From Terrimicrobiaceae bacterium (lineage in GTDB: Bacteria > Verrucomicrobiota > Verrucomicrobiia > Chthoniobacterales > Terrimicrobiaceae): a stretch of DNA of 36,303 nt. This document shows, in pieces, positions 33,863-36,303 of the stretch; the stretch's first letter is position 1; every line of letters starts with the position of its first letter. The notes under the pieces were generated by a model that was not told the origin of the DNA, ran no database searches, and worked only from the letters and a program-made list of their open reading frames with translations. The position numbers and the translations under genes were made by a program. The stretch spans positions 1 to 36,303 of the forward strand of contig JBGSVZ010000007.1 in assembly GCA_041752695.1 (NCBI GenBank). The letters are read 5' to 3'.

Positions 33863-35006
33863 GCCGATTCCGCTCTGTGAGCCGAGCCTGACCGGCCGCG
33901 AACGCGAATATGTGGACGAATGCCTGAGCACAGGCTGGGTCTCCACCGCGGGACCCTTTGTCAACCGTTTCGAAGCTGCATTCGCGGAACGCCTGGGTTT
34001 GCCCGAGGCGGTGGCGGTGGCTTCCGGCACCGCCGCGATTCACCTCGCCTTGCTCGCGGTGGGAGTGCAGCCGAATGACGAAGTCCTGGTTTCGTCGATG
34101 ACCTTTATCGCGCCGGCCAATGCGGTGCGGTATGTCGGAGCCTGGCCGGTTTTCATCGATGCCGAACCGGATTTTTGGCAGATGGATCTTCGGATCGTCC
34201 GGGAGTTTCTCCTCCGCGACTGTGAGCGGACACCAGACGGCCCGATCAATCGCCACACCGGCCGCCGGATTTCCGCCATCCTGCCGGTTCATATTTTGGG
34301 CCATCCGGTGGATCTGGACGGCCTGATGGAAATTGCCGGGGAATACGGCCTCAAAGTCATCGAGGATTCGACCGAATCGCTCGGCGCGTTCTGTCGCAGT
34401 CGCCCGACGGGAACGATCGGGCATGTGGGATGTTTCAGTTTCAACGGCAACAAACTCATTACCAGCGGCGGCGGGGGAATGGTCGTTTCCGCTGATCCGC
34501 AGATTCTGAAAACCGTCCGCCATCTTTCCACCCAGGCCAAGGAACCGGGCAACGAATACATCCACGACCAGATCGGATTCAATTACCGCCTCACCAACGT
34601 GCACGCGGCCCTGGGCTTTGCCCAACTCGAACAGGTGGACGAATTTTTGCAAAAGAAGCGCGCGATTGCGGAGATCTACCGCCGCGAACTAAGGGCCGTT
34701 CCCGGCCTCGAGTTTCAGACGGAGGCAGACTGGGCGCGTTCCGCCTGGTGGCTCTTCACCATTCTGGCCGATTCGTCGCGTGAATTGATCGTGGCTTTGT
34801 CGGCGGAAGGCATTTCCTCCCGCCCACTTTGGCAGCCGATGCACTGTAGTGCGCCTCATGCGGGATCATTTACCTTGCCCTGTCCGGTAGCGGACCGTCT
34901 TTTTGCCCGCGGGGTTTCTTTACCTTCCTCGGTGAGCCTGACTCCTTTCGATCAGCGCCGTGTCTGCGAGGCCATTCTCACCCAGGCCGCCCAACCTTCT
35001 CACTAA
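33852..35006 (+). CDS. legC: DegT/DnrJ family PLP sugar aminotransferase (LegC-like)
   Basis: IPLCEP, WVSTAG, SGTAAIHLAL, EDSTESLG, SFNGNKLITSGGGG, GFNYR, LPSS. Confidence 0.88.
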   Translation: MSSRPIPLCEPSLTGREREYVDECLSTGWVSTAGPFVNRFEAAFAERLGLPEAVAVASGTAAIHLALLAVGVQPNDEVLVSSMTFIAPANAVRYVGAWPVFIDAEPDFWQMDLRIVREFLLRDCERTPDGPINRHTGRRISAILPVHILGHPVDLDGLMEIAGEYGLKVIEDSTESLGAFCRSRPTGTIGHVGCFSFNGNKLITSGGGGMVVSADPQILKTVRHLSTQAKEPGNEYIHDQIGFNYRLTNVHAALGFAQLEQVDEFLQKKRAIAEIYRRELRAVPGLEFQTEADWARSAWWLFTILADSSRELIVALSAEGISSRPLWQPMHCSAPHAGSFTLPCPVADRLFARGVSLPSSVSLTPFDQRRVCEAILTQAAQPSH

Positions 35007-35011
35007 CTGTC

Positions 35012-36136
35012 ATGTCCCAAACTTACGATCAGGTCTTCTGGTGTACGCACTGTCTCAATATGTCCACGCGGCCGCGCATTTCCTTCGACACCCGCGGGTG
35101 GTGCAATGCCTGCCAGTGGATGGAAGAAAAGAAAACCCTGGACTGGACGCCCCGCCAAAAGGAACTGGAAGCTGTTCTCGACAAATACCGCTCCCGCAAC
35201 GGCGGCTTCGATTGCATGGTGCCGGCCAGTGGAGGAAAGGACGGATCCTACGTCGCGTATCAGCTTAAACACCAATATGGCATGAACCCGCTGGCGGTCA
35301 CGGTGACACCGGCGCTCGCTTTGGAACTGGGAAATCAGAACCTCAAAAATTTCATCGAAAGCGGTTACAATCACATTCAGATCAACCCGGATGTGCAGGC
35401 CATGCGTCTGTTGAATAAGCTCGGGTTTATCGAAAAAGGCTTTCCCTATTATGGCTGGTTAATTGCCATTCAGACCGGGGTGATCCGGCTCGCGGTCAAT
35501 TTGAACATTCCCCTCCTTTTCTACGGAGAAGACGGCGAGGTGGAATACGGTGGCTCGACCGAATCGAAAAACGGCGCCATGTTCGACATTACCTATATGA
35601 AACGCGTCTATCTCGAAGGCGGGTATCAGAAGGTGCTGGAAGCCAGCGGGCTGTCGGACGCGGAACTTTATTTTTTCAAGTTTCCCACGGAGGCCGAGCT
35701 CGCGGGGAAACAGCTTCAGTTAACCCACTTTTCCTACTTCGAGGCGTGGGATCCATACCGCAACTACCTGGTGGCAAAGGAACATTGTGGCCTGCAGGAG
35801 GCCGAGGCGACAAATTCCGGCACGTTCACGAATTTTGCCCAAAACGACCAGGCTCTCTACGCCCTGCACACGTACATGATGTATCTGAAGTTCGGCTTTG
35901 GCCGCGCCACGCAGGACGCGGGCATTGAAATCCGCCGCGGCGCAATGACCCGCGATCAGGCCGTGAACCTCGTGCGTCTCTACGACGGCTGGTTCCCGGA
36001 GGAATACATGGATACTTATCTGGAGTATTATGAAATGACGCGCGAGGAGTTCGACGCGGTGCTTGACCGCTGGGCGAACACGGATTTGTTCGAAAAAGTG
36101 GACGGGCGTTGGTCCCCTAAGTTCGTGGTATCTTAA
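35012..36136 (+). CDS. N-acetyl sugar amidotransferase (WbuX/PseA/PtmG family)
   Basis: CxxC..STRPRI..CNAC, PP-loop SGGKDGS, YGEDGEVEYGG, YLKFGFGRATQDA. Confidence 0.9.
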   Translation: MSQTYDQVFWCTHCLNMSTRPRISFDTRGWCNACQWMEEKKTLDWTPRQKELEAVLDKYRSRNGGFDCMVPASGGKDGSYVAYQLKHQYGMNPLAVTVTPALALELGNQNLKNFIESGYNHIQINPDVQAMRLLNKLGFIEKGFPYYGWLIAIQTGVIRLAVNLNIPLLFYGEDGEVEYGGSTESKNGAMFDITYMKRVYLEGGYQKVLEASGLSDAELYFFKFPTEAELAGKQLQLTHFSYFEAWDPYRNYLVAKEHCGLQEAEATNSGTFTNFAQNDQALYALHTYMMYLKFGFGRATQDAGIEIRRGAMTRDQAVNLVRLYDGWFPEEYMDTYLEYYEMTREEFDAVLDRWANTDLFEKVDGRWSPKFVVS

Positions 36137-36165
36137 GAGACGGAAGGCAGGTCCAGCCGTCCCTA

Positions 36166-36303
36166 GAGCCTGTTAGGCACTTTTTGCAAAGAAATGAGGA
36201 AGCATGAGCAAAGCAAAGGCGAGCCAGTGAAGTCCTGCCAAGGATTCGGGCAGGCGCTCATAGTCCCTCGCGAGGCGACGGAATCGAGCCGCCCAAGCGA
36301 AGG
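36166..36303 (-). mobile_element. IS5-family (IS1031/IS427-like) insertion sequence, one end
   Basis: Terminal sequence GAGCCTGTTAGGCAC begins right after CTA (36163-36165). The transposase stop lies within this terminal repeat. The element continues beyond the window. Confidence 0.8.
36173..36301 (-). CDS. IS5-family transposase, C-terminal fragment
   Basis: Minus strand reads FAWAARFRRLARDYERLPESLAGLHWLAFALLMLPHFFAKSA-stop, which carries the typical IS5 (F.W..RFRRLARDYER) signature. Not in the ORF track. Confidence 0.88.
   Translation of the reverse strand, partial: FAWAARFRRLARDYERLPESLAGLHWLAFALLMLPHFFAKSA

Noticed and set aside
7389..34652. Long antisense ORFs opposite enzyme genes (e.g. 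7389-8819, 15577-17292, 18119-19564, 20085-21524, 23208-24545)
   Set aside because: They fully overlap well-supported + strand genes, which is typical of high-GC shadow ORFs.
1..36303. tRNA, rRNA or riboswitch genes
   Set aside because: Intergenic gaps are short and explained by promoters and hairpins. No cloverleaf or known RNA motif was recognised by eye.

Overview
Bacterial, GC-rich accessory cell-surface locus with every intact gene on the + strand. (1) Positions 1-6935 hold a tandem array of at least four paralogous acidic RTX-repeat (GGxGxD, Ca-binding) proteins of about 670-680 aa. The first is cut by the window edge. The three complete copies have a conserved ~32-aa N-terminal leader ending (E)IESLEQRRTPA (LEPR-XLL / RiPP-leader-like) and their own conserved promoter with a 16-bp inverted-repeat operator. 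All four have a basic C-terminal tail and a covarying 3' hairpin. (2) Positions 7029-13241 hold modification enzymes: a GT2, a sulfotransferase, a GT-A-like protein and two GT4s. (3) Positions 13238-20039 hold a putative leader-processing/export module: a GAF-HlyD adaptor, an RRE-like/M50 peptidase/HlyD fusion, a secreted trypsin-like protease, a LuxR regulator and a third adaptor. No T1SS ABC transporter or TolC is in the window. (4) Positions 20091-36136 hold an orphan wzt and a legionaminic-acid-type nonulosonate pathway with tailoring enzymes. (5) The 3' end of an IS5-family element lies on the minus strand at the right edge. The main hypothesis is a RiPP-like leader/M50-peptidase export system for glycosylated and sulfated RTX surface proteins. 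Leader style and SD-less starts suggest a PVC (Verrucomicrobia-like) host, but that is inference only.
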